Assembly (NCBI GenBank): GCA_014905635.1
Contig: JABVCE010000047.1
Location: 62,001 to 109,869, forward strand
DNA: 47,869 bases
Direction of reading: 5' to 3'
DNA from: Scenedesmus sp. PABB004
Taxonomy: Eukaryota
The notes below the pieces were generated by a model. That model was not told the origin of the DNA. It searched no databases and saw only the letters and a list, made by a program, of their open reading frames with translations. This document shows positions 23,673-34,403 of this stretch, one piece after another. Every line of letters starts with the position of its first letter. Position 1 is the first letter of the stretch. The position numbers and the translations under genes were made by a program.

Positions 23673-23832
23673 CGATGTTGCCACCGTTATGGCACTGGCC
23701 GAGCCCTGGGTTGGTGCGGTGGCCAGCTTCCTATAGTGGCGGGTGCTCTCAGCACAACTCCAGCAGACGAGGTCAGCGCGGCGCAGGCGCCGGAGCGCCT
23801 GCGCTGCTCCCACGCCCGTGGCAGAGAGGCTG
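23673..23832 (-). ncRNA. Two-hairpin box H/ACA snoRNA, snR34/U65-like (yeast LSU psi2826 and psi2880 equivalents)
   Basis: H box AGAGCA (23744-23749) and ACA (23676-23678). The 5' pocket CUGCCAC/GCUGG fits CUGGC[psi]UGUGGCAG. The 3' pocket AUAGGAA/GCC fits GGC[psi]CUUCCUAU. Confidence 0.78.
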
Positions 23833-24072
23833 GAATGCGTGTGCCGGTGCCGGCTGGCTGCTGGCTGCTGGCGCGCTGCGCGCTGCGCGCTGCGCGCATG
23901 CGCATCCCATCCAGCCCGCTCACCAGGCATGGGGGTGTTGGGAGGGAGCGGCAGTAGCAGCGGCGTCAGGCGGTCGACGCGCCCTGGGCAGACAGCGAGG
24001 CGGGGCGTGGCGCGAGGGCAGCGTCAGTGTCCGACAACGGCGCGCGGGGAGGCGGCGCGAGCGCGTGTGGAG

Positions 24073-24212
24073 GGGTGTTTGAGCCTGGTTTGACACAGGG
24101 CCGGTGGTGGTGCACCTGCCCTGCAACACGAAGCCCACGTCACTGTAGCACACGCAACAGGGACATGCAATGCACAGAAGGCACAGCTGTCCGGGGTTTG
24201 GTGTGTGCAAGT
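24073..24212 (-). ncRNA. Box H/ACA snoRNA, snR35/SNORA13-like (18S UUUGAC[psi]CAACACG, m1acp3-psi site)
   Basis: The 3' hairpin pocket CGUGUU/GUCAAA lies 16 nt from ACA (24076-24078). The upstream hairpin ends in ACAGUG (imperfect H box or a separate single-hairpin RNA); its target is unassigned. Confidence 0.8.
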
Positions 24213-24407
24213 TGCGCCCCGGCCCCGCGCCCGGGCGTCCGCGCGAGCACGGCGGGCTCACCTCGCGGGCGAGCGCGGACGGGCGCGGAGGGCTCGAGGA
24301 GTCTGAGGCTGAGGCAGGCCTGCACACGGCGCGCGGCAGGGCGGGGCGGGCGGGGTGGGTGCGCTCCGACGAGCGTGCGCGCGAGCGCGGTGCCGGCGGG
24401 CAGCGGT

Positions 24408-24553
24408 GCTTGTGCCAGCGAGACAGGTCAGCGGCGGCCCACGGCGGGAGGGCCGCGCTGGTTTATGGTCTGGCGAGGCCGTGGCCTGGTGTGCGCTCCC
24501 CATGACACCCGTTGTGCACAGAATCACAACAGGCAACGCCTCTGTGAAGAGCG
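24408..24553 (-). ncRNA. Two-hairpin box H/ACA snoRNA (LSU AUGAC[psi]GAACGCCUCU and snR42-like GAGACAGGU[psi]AGUUU)
   Basis: H box ACACCA (24487-24492) and ACA (24411-24413). Pockets AGAGGCGUU/GUCAU (14 nt from H) and AAAC/ACCUGUCUC (15 nt from ACA). Confidence 0.85.
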
Positions 24554-24827
24554 GTGCTGCCGGCAGCGCGGCGGCGCGCGGGCCGCGGCTGCAGCGGCCG
24601 CGCGCGGCGCGCGACGGGACAGCAGGCCGGGGCGCCCCGGCACACACGCACCAGGCGGCTGGAGCCGTCAGGGGCCGTCAAGCGGGGAGGTGGCGCGCGC
24701 TGCGCCTGCGCGGGCGCCGGAGGCGGGCGGCGCGTGAGCGCGTGCGCGCGCGCGGCGCGGGCATGTTCGCGCCCCCGCAGCAGGCAGGCGGCGTCAGCGG
24801 CCGCCGGCGCGTGGCGGCGGCGCGGGC

Positions 24828-24893
24828 TGGTGTTGCCTCTGTTTCATACCGCATGCCTCATCGGCGTCAGCATGCGGTTCAGAGCAGGGCATG
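24828..24893 (-). ncRNA. Candidate single-hairpin ACA snoRNA, target unassigned
   Basis: Stem UGCCCUG/CAGAGGCA, internal loop CUCUGA/AUGAAA, upper stem ACCGCAUGC/GCAUGCGGU, and ACA 14 nt from the top of the pocket. Confidence 0.6.
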
Positions 24894-24960
24894 CGCGCGC
24901 CGCGCGCCAGGCCGGCGCTGTCGCTGCCGCTGCGCCGCCGCGCGGTGGGGCGGCGGCGGC

Positions 24961-25060
24961 GAGGTGGCTCGGTGGTGGCGTTGTGTGTTCGATTCCGTGC
25001 CGGTTTGCATCCCCACGGCGTGTCGGTAGAGGGAACCTGGGTATCGTCATCGCCGACCTC
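24961..25060 (-). ncRNA. Box C/D snoRNA, snoR30/SNORD100-like (18S AGA[Gm]GGAGCCUG)
   Basis: C box CGAUGA, D' CCGA, D CCGA, GAGGU/ACCUC stem. Guide CAGGUUCCCUCU has one G:U pair. A second element, CGGAAUCGAAC, is complementary to the adjacent 18S GUUCGAUUCCG. Confidence 0.82.
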
Positions 25061-26002
25061 GCCGCCGCCCCCGCGCGCGATCGGCCGTCGCCGCCGCGGC
25101 GCCGCGCTGCGGCGCACCTGCTGGCGTCGGCGCGCTCCGTGGATCGGCGCGTACGGCGGCGGAGAGCCTTGTGAGAGCCTTGTGCATCGCGAGGTCGGCG
25201 CTGCGGGGCGCGCGGCGGGCCCTGCGGGGCGCACGGGGCAGGGGCGGCTGGGCATTCGGCAGCAGGTGCCCGCGGCGGCGCTGCGCAAGGGCTGGAGGTG
25301 CCCGCGCGCCCGGGGTGCTCGTTGCACGCGCCCAACCTCTTACTGCCACGCGCGTGCGGCAGGGCGCGCCCTGTCCGCGCCAGGGCTGCCGCCCGCGCCT
25401 GGATCGCGCCCTGCTATGCGCGCGTGCGGCCGCGCTGCGCGGCCGCGCCCGCCCGGCAGTCGCGCACCTTCGCAGCCTAACCTGCCGGGCCAGGCCGTCG
25501 TCGCTGGGCGCGCTCAGCCGCCATCGATCTCGGCGGCCGCGCCTGGGGGGACCCAAGCTGGCGCGGCAGCGTCTGGCTGGGACTCGTTCATGGCTAATGC
25601 TGGGCGCTAGGCGGCGGCGGCGGCGGCGCCGGCTGCGTGCGGACGCGACGGCTCAAAAACCCTGCACCGCCGCCGTTACCCCGCGGCCCAGCTTTTTCTC
25701 GAGAGCTCCAGGAGCGCCGCTCCTCTGACGGCAGGTTGGCGTGCAGCAGACCACCGGCCGATGTTGCAGGCCGTGCCGCGCGACAAAAGAAGCGCATTTG
25801 TCGATCAACCGAGCCCTGACCAATCGAGTGGTGCACGCCAAGGCGGCCAAAATCGCACCGCGAGTCCAGTTCAGTGTGTCGCGCCGCGGGCACCGGGTCC
25901 CCCGACTGGAGGCCTGGAGAGCGAGCCCGGAGGGCGGGCGCACGGGCGCACGGGCGCCGCGCGCGCCCGTGCCGCGCCGCGCCGCGCTGTGTGCCGCGCA
26001 GC

Positions 26003-27108
26003 TCACTCGTGGACGACGCCGGCAAGGACCGCGGCGATGACGCCGCCGGCCATCTGCGCCGCGACGTAGAGGCCCACGAGCTTGAGGTCCATGCCAAACG
26101 CGAGCGCGGGGCCCAGCGCGCGTGCCGGGTTGATCACGCAGCCCGTGAACGGCCCCGCTGCGGCGGCGCCACGCGGCGCGCGTGAGCCGGGCGCGCGCGG
26201 GCGGCGCGCGGGCGCGCAAGGCAGGGGGGCGCGCGCGCGCGCATGCCGCGCGGTGGCCGCCGGGACCGCCGCGCACCCGCCATGATTGCCGCCATGACCG
26301 CCGCGGCGATGCCGATGGGCGCAGCCGCGGCAAACGCGGACGACGCGACGGCGCAGCCGTACACGGTGAGGCCGAGGCCGGCGGTCATCAGCGCCTCCCA
26401 GGCGAAGATGGCCGCCGAGCTCACGCCCGCGGCGGGCGCGAAGACGCCCGGCGACGACGCCCCGGTGAGCCACGCGCACGCGAGCGCGCCGAGCACGCAG
26501 CCGGCGACCTGCACGGCCATGTAGGCGAGCGCCTTGCCCGCGCTGACCTTGCCACGGAGCATGAGCATCAGGCTGACCGCGGGGTTGAGGTGAGCCCCGG
26601 ACGTGCGGCCAAAGGCGAAGACTGCGACGCGCCGGCGGGGGCGGCGCGCCGGGCTCGCAGGGGCTCGCGCGCCGGGTGCTCCGGCCACGGCCGGCAGCGC
26701 CCGCGCCGCGCGACTCACTCATGCCCATGAGCGCCAGGCCGTTGCCGGGCGCCGCGAGCGCCGCCGGCACCGCGCCGCCGATGACCTGGAACAGCGCGGA
26801 GCCGGTGAACTCGCTGGCCAGCTCCTTGGTGGTCGCGCCGCTGCGAGAGGCGCACGGGGCGTGTCGGGACTGGCCAGGCCCACGCCGCTGCCCGCGCGCG
26901 GCTGGGCACGCGTCTTCCGGAGGCGATCGAAGCGCAACGACCGGGCAGCCGCGCCGCACCCGTCCGCGGCAGCCACGTCGCGGCGGGGCGTTACGCCGGG
27001 GAGGCGAGGGCGCATGACGGCCGCGCCGGGCAAGCGCGCGCTGGCGAGCCGGCGCGGCAGGCCGGCCGCAGGCGCGACGCGCGGGGCAACAGCGGCGAGG
27101 GCGGCCAT
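26003..27108 (-). CDS. Aquaporin / major intrinsic protein with an N-terminal transit-peptide-like extension
   Basis: ELASEFTGSALF, SGAHLNPAVS, E-x-x-x-T (WEALMT) and GPFTGCVINPARALGPA are spread over spliced exons. The first intron boundary is unresolved. Confidence 0.9.
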
Positions 27109-28067
27109 GGCTGGTGGGCGTGGCGTGGGGGGAGGAGGAGGCCCAAGGAGTGGCGCGAGCGCGCACCAGCGCGGGACAGAGATCCGAGCGAGGTGCAGAG
27201 CTGGCAGCGGTTAGGCGACCGTGAGCGTGCCGCGCCAGCCAGACGGCCGGGCGCGCCCGCGCCGCGCAAACCTCAGATTTGGATCGCGGCCAAGCCTCTG
27301 CGCGCGCCGGGGCTGCCGACGGCGGGCGTCACCGGCGGGCGCGCGCAGCAGCGGGTGACGGCGATCGGTGACGGCGGTCGGCGGCGGCCCATCGCGCACG
27401 TGGGCTCTTCTTACTCCGCCCGGTCTGGGCCCGGCGCAATCCCCCGTGTGGCAGTGCCGCTGACCCAACTCTCGCGCGCGCCCTCGGCACGCAGCGTCAA
27501 GGCAGGCGCCCAGCCGGCCACCGGCCGGCCGTGCTCCGGCCGCCTGCCCGCACGCACCGCGGTGCTGTGCGGCAGGCAGGCGGCAGGCGGCGCCCGGGCG
27601 CCAGTCGCAAAAAGAGGCGCTCACAGTGTGGCGACAACGCACGAGACAAAACGCGCCGCGCGCAAGCAAGGCTTGCGCGCGCAAGCAAAACGAGCGCGAG
27701 CGTGTGCGACGCAGCATGGCTGCTGCAAAGCCAAAATACGTGGGTTCCTCTAGCCAGCCGGCCGGCCGGCCAGGCACTGTGCTCCAAACTGACCAGCCGT
27801 CGTGTGCCCAGAGCATGCGCGTGTACAGCAGCAACAAGGCTTCGGGCGCTCGTGCGCTCGGAGCGCACGCGTGAGTGGGCCCCCAAAAAGTCGACGAAGC
27901 ACGGGGCCGCGTGCCTAGGCCTCCAGCGCATCGCGCAAGGTGAAAAACTTGCGTCGCCGCCACGGCGCGGGGCCGCGCGTGGAGGGCAAGAGATCCGGCG
28001 CCCCACCCGAGGGTCCTCGCACGCACGTCGCTGCGCCGCCCCGTCTCTAGTCGCCGGGCGGGGCGCG

Positions 28068-30803
28068 TCACACGGCCTTGGCGACCGCGCCCTGGTCGCG
28101 GCCGGGCGCCTGGTCGCGCGGCCCGACCACGTCGAGCGCGCCCGCCTCGGCGTCGGACTCGCTGCCGGCCTCGGCGGGCGCGCCCGCGACGACGCGGCTC
28201 CAGAGCCAGTGCTTCTTGACGATGACCTCGTCCAGCTCCTCCAGCGGCACGCCCTTGGTTTCGGGCACCGCCAGGAGCACAAAGACCGTCATCAGCACGA
28301 CCCAGCCGGCGAAGAAGAGGAAGGTCGCCCACTTGAGGGCGCAGAGGAGGGTGAGGAAGATCTGGCCGATGAAAAAGGTGAAGATGAAGTTGACAAACGT
28401 GTTGATGCCCGTCCCCGCCGCGCGCGTCTCGAGCGGCTGGATCTCGCTCGGCACCAGCCAGCCGAGCGGGCCCCAGCTCCACGCAAAGCCTGCGCGCGCA
28501 CGCGCGCGCCGGGGCGGGGCGGGGCGGGGCAGGGCAGGGTGGGCGCGCGGCTCCGCAGCGGACAAGGCGGCGCGCGCGGCGGCGCGGGCGCAGCAGCGCT
28601 GCGGCGCGGCGCACCAGCGACGTAGAGGCAGATGAGCGCAATGATCGCGCTGGCCATGGCGGGGCTGGTCGCGCCGCCCTCAAAGTTCTTCTTGATCAGC
28701 ACGCCCACGAGCACCTCGCACACCAGCATCTGCAGCCCGCCCTGGAGGAAGAGGAACTGCGGCGCGCACGCGCGCACGCGCGGCCGTCGGCGGCCGGCAA
28801 GCCAGCGGCGCGGGCGGCGCGGGCCGGGCGGCGCGGGCCGGGCGGCGCGGGCCGGGCGGCGCGGGCCGGGGGGCACGGGCCTGGCGCCGCTGGCGGGCGC
28901 AGAGGCGGCGGCGGCGGCGGCTGCGCGGCGCGGCGGGGGCGCGCACCCGGCGGCCAAAGCGGTCCACGACGGCGATGGCGACAAAGGTGGAGCCCACGTT
29001 GACGGCGCCGGTGATGACGGTGGACAGCAGCGCCGACTCGGCGCCTGCGCGCGGCGCGGCGCGGCGCGGCGCGGCACGGCGGGCGGGAGCGCGGGCGGGC
29101 GGGCGGGCGTGAGCGCAGCCGCCGCACGGGTGCTGGCGGCGCCGCGCTGCCGCGCGGCCGCGGCCGCGCACCCTGGCCGGCGGCCTGGAAGAGCTGTGGC
29201 GCGTAGAACATGATCGCGTTGATGCCCGTGAGCTGCTGGAACATGGGGATGAGCACGCTGATGAAGAGCTGCGGCCAGTAGCGGCGGCGCAGGATGGTGC
29301 GGTAGGGGTTGTGGATGTGCGCGCTGAGGCGCACCGCCTCGGTGATGTCCTCAAACTGCGGCGCGGACCGGACCGGACCGGGCGGCGGCGCGGTGAGCGC
29401 GCGGCGCAGCGCGCGGGGCGCAGAGCGCGGGGCGCAGAGCGCGGGGCGCGGGCGCGGGCCGACCTCGACGTCCACGTTGGGCGTGCCGCGGATGCGCTCC
29501 AGCACGCGGCGGCCGTCGTCGGCGCGGCCGCGCTGCACGAGGCTGTTGGGCGTGTCGGGGAGCATCATGGACCCGAAGAACAGGATCAGCGACGGCACCG
29601 CGCCCGTGGCGAGGCTGATGCGCCAGCCGTAGGGCTTGAGGCCCTGCGTCGCAAAGTTGATGAGCTGCGCCGCGAGGATGCCGACCGTCACCGCGAGCTG
29701 GAACATGATGTTCAGCGCACCTGACGCGCGGCGCTCGGCGGCGAGCGGCCGGGGTGCGGCGTCCGTCGCAGGCGCGGGGCGCAGGGGCGCCGGCTGCGCG
29801 CGGCGCGCGGCGCGCAGTGCGCCCCGCCCCGCCCCGCACCGCGCAGGCGGAAGGGCGCCATCTCGCTGAGGTAGAGCGGCGTCGCCTGCGTGGCAAAGCC
29901 GACGCCCACGCCCTGCGCACCGGGGCGGCGCGGCGCGAGACGGCGGCGTGAGGCGGGGGCGGCGTGCGGCGGGGCGGCGCGGCGCGCGCGCAGCGCGCAG
30001 CGGTGGGCGCCCGCGCGCCTCACCAGCACGAGGCGGCCGACCACGAGCATCGCGATGTGCACCGCCAGCGCCACCAGCGCGGTGCCGACCAGGAAGCACG
30101 CGCCGCCGGCCATCATGGTGGCCTTGCGGCCGTAGCTGCGGCGCGCGGCGCGCGGCGCGGTGAGGCGGGCTGGCGCGGCGCGCCCGTGCTCGCCCCCGAC
30201 TCCCCGCTCTCGCCCCGACTCGCGCGCGCGCGCGCTCACCGCTTGCAGGTCCAGCTGCCCACCATGGCGGCCGCAGCGCCCGAGAGGAAGAGGCAGGAGG
30301 TGAAGAGCTGGAGCATGTGGTCGTTGAACTTGCAGAACGGGTCGTTGCCCGCGGCGTGGTGCCCGAAGAAGCGCGACGAGAAGCCGTCGTGCGCGATCAC
30401 GCCTGCCCGCGCGCGGGCGCAGCGGCCGGCGGCCGGCAGCGCGCTCAGCCGGCCAGCCCCAGAACATGGGGGCGGGGGGGGGGGGGCTAGGACGCCCGGG
30501 CAGGCGGCGCGGCGCGCAGCGCAGTCGCGGGCACGCACCGCCGGTGATGCCGTTGTCAAAGCCAAACAGGAGGCCGCCGGAGGCCGCGATCGTGGCGATG
30601 AGGATCACTGGCGAGCGGCGCGCGCGGCGGGGCGCGGCGGTCAGGCGGCGGCGCGCGGCAGCCAGGCTGACGCCGCGGCCGAGCCGTCCCGGCCGGCGGC
30701 GCGCTCGAGGCGCACCCGCGGGCGTGGTGCGGCCCTGGTAGAGCTGGCAGCGCGTCGCATCGAAGCTGGAGCCCGCGCGGGCGACCATGCCGCCGCCTCC
30801 CAT
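28068..30803 (-). CDS. Hexose/H+ symporter of the HUP/STP (sugar porter) family, 10 exons
   Basis: [75 protein letters not shown] and [10 protein letters not shown]. Nine GT-AG introns. Confidence 0.95.
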
Positions 30804-31489
30804 CGTGGCGGGCGAGCCTGCGGCATGCGCGAACGGCGGCGGGCGCTCAGCGGGCCGCGGCCGGCGCCGAGTACTGCCACCGCGTCGCTCCGGGCGACGT
30901 GCGAAAGATCGCAGCCGCCGCCGAGCAGCGCTGGCGCGCGCAGCGGCGGTGGGCAGCCCGCGCGGGATGGGCCGCTACACGAAACGCTGGCGGCCGCGCA
31001 AGCCCGCGCCGCCGGGTCTGGGAGCGCCGCGCCGCACCTGTGAGCTCTCGGGCGGCAAAGCGCGGCGGCTGCGCGGCGGGCGGGCGCGAGCGGGGGGCGG
31101 GAAGGTCGCGGGCGAGCAGTGCGCGCGGGGCTCGGGGCTGCGCCGATCTCCACTGCTATGGGAGATCAATGGCGGTGGCGGCGGGCGGGCGCGCGGAAAT
31201 GCGCGAGTTCGCGTGTGACCGAGCTGAGGTGGCACCTGGCAGCTGGCAGGCGTGAGCCATGACCTGCCCGACACTCGCGTCGGCCTGCCCCCCCAGCGTG
31301 TGTGACCATCACGCGCGGCCAGCCTGGCGACCGCGGCGCACCCGCGGCGGATGATTCACAGCCGCCGTTCACGGCTGGTTGCAGCAGACCTCTCTCGCGC
31401 TCGCGCTCCCTCGCTCACTGCCGAGCAGGTGCACCTGTTGTGTGACCAGCAAGCAGCACACGCTGTGCAGCACCACCACCGCCCCTCGC

Positions 31490-32981
31490 TCAGGCGGGCG
31501 CGCTCTCCTCCCGGCCGCGCGCGGCGGCGCTGTTGGCCGCCGCGCGCGCAAGCAAGGCGGCCTGCCCCGCGGCCACGCCGCCGGGCTCGCCGCGCCACGC
31601 CGCCAGCGCGGAGGCCTGCAGCGCGCGGCCGTAGCTGAAGGACAGCACCCAGGGCGTGGGCCCGGGCGCCGCGGCCATGAGCGCGAGGTGGCGCGTCGCG
31701 TCGGCCTCGCTCTGCCCGCCGCTCAGGAAGACGATGCCCGGCACAGCCGGCGGCACGGTGCGGCGCAGCACGCGCAGCGTCGCGGCCGCCACGGCGCCCG
31801 GGTCGGCGCGGGCGGCGCCCGCGCCCGGCAGCACCATCGAGGGCTGCGCGGCGCGCAGCGCGCACGGGCGGGCACGCACGCGCGTGAGCGGCAGAGCCGG
31901 CGCGGCGCGCACAGCCCCACCCCTTCTCTGCGCAGGGGCGGCAGCCACACCTTGAGCAGCGTGCCCTCCAGCACCACGCCCGCGTCTGCCAGCTCCTTGA
32001 ACACGGCCGCCAGCACGCGCTGCGTGACGGCCTCGCAGTCCGCGAGGTCGTGGCCGCCCTCGGCCAGCACCTCGGGCTCCACGATCGGCACCAGCCCCGC
32101 CGCCTGGCACACGGCCGCGTACATCGCCAGCCCGCGCGCAGCAGCGGCGACGGCCGCCTCGCTCGGCAGCGGCGCCGCGCCGGCCGCGGGCGGGCGGATG
32201 CTGATGACGGCGCGCCACTTGGCAAAGGCGGCGCCGGCCTCCCTGTAACGCTTGCAGCGCGCCGCGAGGCCGTCCAGCCCCTGCGCGCGGCGCGCGCGCA
32301 CCCAGCCGCTTGGCGCCGCAGTGCGGCCCGCCGCCGCCGTGCGGCCCGCCGCCGCCGCCGCCGCCGCCGCTGCGCGCCGCCGCGCGCGCCGCGCGCTGCG
32401 GCCGTGCAGCGGGAGCTGTCGCTCGCTGCCGTCGGCGCGCGCCTGCGTGAAGGTCTCCGCGGGGCTGCCCGGCAGCGGCACGAGGCCGGTGTCGACCTTG
32501 ACGCCCAGCAGCACGCCCGCGCCGGTCAGCGCGTCGACCACGCGCCCGCCGCGGCTGCCCGCCTGGAAGAGCGTCTCCTCGTACAGGATCACGCCTGGCC
32601 CCGCCCGGGGAGCGCGGCGGCAGCAGCGGCGGCGGCGGCAGCGGCGGCGGTGTGTGCCGGGCAGGGGGTAGGCGGCAACCACGTCACGGGACTCACTGCC
32701 CGGCGTCACAGGCACCCGGCGGCGCCCGCCGCGGGCAGCGGCGGCGGCGCAATTGCCCGGCAGCAGCGCGCGCGCGGCGGCGCACCCGAGATGTGCTGCT
32801 CGATGCCGGGCGCGTTGAACAGCATCTCGCGCAGGGCCGTCCTGCTTTCCGGCGTGTTCTCGACGCCAATGCTCGCCAGGCGCTTGCCCACGGTGGCGGT
32901 GGACTCGTCTGCAGCGAGGATGCCCTTGCCCCCCGCCACCAGGCGCGCCGCGACGCGCGCAAGCTCCAGCTCGTCCACCAT
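31490..32981 (-). CDS. FBA: Class I fructose-bisphosphate aldolase, 4 exons
   Basis: [66 protein letters not shown] and SFSYGRALQ. One GC-AG intron at 32442. Confidence 0.95.
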
Positions 32982-33407
32982 TGGAGCGCCGCAGCTGGGC
33001 GGGTCAGACGCGGCGCCGCCTGCGAGCTGCAGCGCCAGCAGCAGCAGCAGCAGCGGGAGCAGCAGCAGCGGCGCGGCGCAGTCGCGGGGCGGCGCCAGGA
33101 CGGCAGCGGGCAGGCCCGACGGGACGATGACGAAGTGCAACGTTAAGCGGGCCAATGCGCCAGCAAGCGGCGCGCGGCGAGCACGGGGGTCCAGGGCCCA
33201 GGGCGGCGCGCACGCGCACGCGCGCTCTCCAGGCCCGGCAGCACCCGGCGCGGTCAAGCAGCCGGCGCGGACAAGCAGGTAGGTGGGCCGCGCCAGTCCC
33301 ACACGACGGTCAAGTCAAGTCGAGCGTCACGCATAGTCCAAGCTCAGACGGGGTCGGTCTGTCGGCAGCATCAAACGCGCCAGGCCAATCCAGTGAATAG
33401 TAGCAAT

Positions 33408-34403
33408 CTACCCCCGCGGCGGCCATTCGTCCAGCCGCCACAGCAGCGCCGCGTCGGCGCTCGCCGCCCTGCCCGCCTGTGCGAGCGCGGCTCCAGCGCC
33501 GCTCGCTGCGAGCGGCGCGGCCGGCAGCGGCGCCGCGCCCGCCGGCGCACAGTCGCCCAGCTGCCGCAGGCCGGCGCCGAGGTGGGCAAAGGCCTGCCGC
33601 GACAGCGCCAGCTCCATGTCGCTGCACCGCACCGCCGCGGCGGCGTCGGCGAGCACGCGCTCCGCATCGCTGCGCGCGCGGCCCGCCGCGGCTGCCGCGC
33701 CTGCTGGTGCTGCGCTGCAGCGCGCCAGCGCGCCTGTGGAGCTGCGCCGGCGCAGCTTGGGCCTCGGCGAGGGGCGGCGGCAACGCCGCCTCAGGTGCCG
33801 AGCGCTGCGCTGGCGCAGGGGTGCGCGGGCCCTGGCCAGCGCCCTCGACGGGCGCCAGCTGCCCTGTGCTGCCACGCTGGCCGAGCTGCGGTCGGGGCGT
33901 GCGGGCGCCACCAGGCGTCGCCAGCGCAGCTGCCGGGAGCTGCGGGCCCGGCACCGCCGGGGGCAGGCTGCGGCTGCGCGCGCCCAGCGCGGCCGGCGTG
34001 CGCTCGGCGCTCGCCGCGCGGCGCGGCGCGGCGGCCGGGGCCGACCCGCCCTCCAGGCCGCGGGCTTTCTCCTGCGCCCACCACGCCGCGAGGCCGCTTG
34101 GCGCCGGCTGAGGCGCAGCCGCTGCTGCGCGCTCCGGCGCAAACGGCATCGCGTGCGGGCCGTGCGCACGGCCCACGTCGAGGACGAGCAGCGTCGCCGC
34201 AGCCGCCAGCACGTCCACGCCAGGCGCGCCCGTGGCAGCGGCGCCGGGGGGCGCGGCAGCGGCGACGAAGGGCGCGGCAGCGGCGCCTGGCGCGACAGCG
34301 GCGCCGCGCTCGCGGGGCGCCGCGCCCTCACTCGCGCTCTCGCTGGCGCTCTTGCTCGCGCCCCCACCCGTGCTCGAGCCCTCGCTCGCGTCTGGAGGCT
34401 GCA
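33408..34403 (-). CDS. Hypothetical protein (probably 2 exons)
   Basis: The ATG 34403 frame (MQPPDASEG...) and a second coding-like frame ending LLWRLDEWPPRG* at 33408 can be joined through a CAG acceptor near 33734. The donor is uncertain. Confidence 0.4.
   Translation of the reverse strand, partial: CSLQTRARARARVGARARAPARARVRARRPASAAPLSRQAPLPRPSSPLPRPPAPLPRARLAWTCWRLRRRCSSSTWAVRTARTRCRLRRSAQQRLRLSRRQAASRRGGRRRKPAAWRAGRPRPPRRAARRAPSARRPRWARAAAACPRRCRARSSRQLRWRRLVAPARPDRSSASVAAQGSWRPSRALARARAPLRQRSARHLRRRCRRPSPRPKLRRRSSTGALARCSAAPAGAAAAAGRARSDAERVLADAAAAVRCSDMELALSRQAFAHLGAGLRQLGDCAPAGAAPLPAAPLAASGAGAALAQAGRAASADAALLWRLDEWPPRG

Larger units (their letters stand above)
21680..25190 (-). ncRNA. 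Putative non-coding, multi-exon snoRNA host gene (both ends approximate)
   Basis: Short exons with good AG/GT junctions lie between the snoRNA groups: E1 ends at 25118, then 24705-24652, 24319-24262, 23983-23924, 23565-23511, 22625-22593, and a last exon from 22143. The only obvious ATG frame (MHKALT...) stops in exon 2. Confidence 0.65.

Noticed and set aside
22282..25060. rRNA gene fragments on the plus strand
   Set aside because: Matches are only 9-13 nt and sit next to C/D or ACA boxes on the opposite strand, so they are snoRNA guides.
32982..33302. Signal-peptide extension ([13 protein letters not shown]) on aldolase
   Set aside because: No in-frame upstream ATG. The poly-Leu arises from a CTG microsatellite in the probable 5' UTR.
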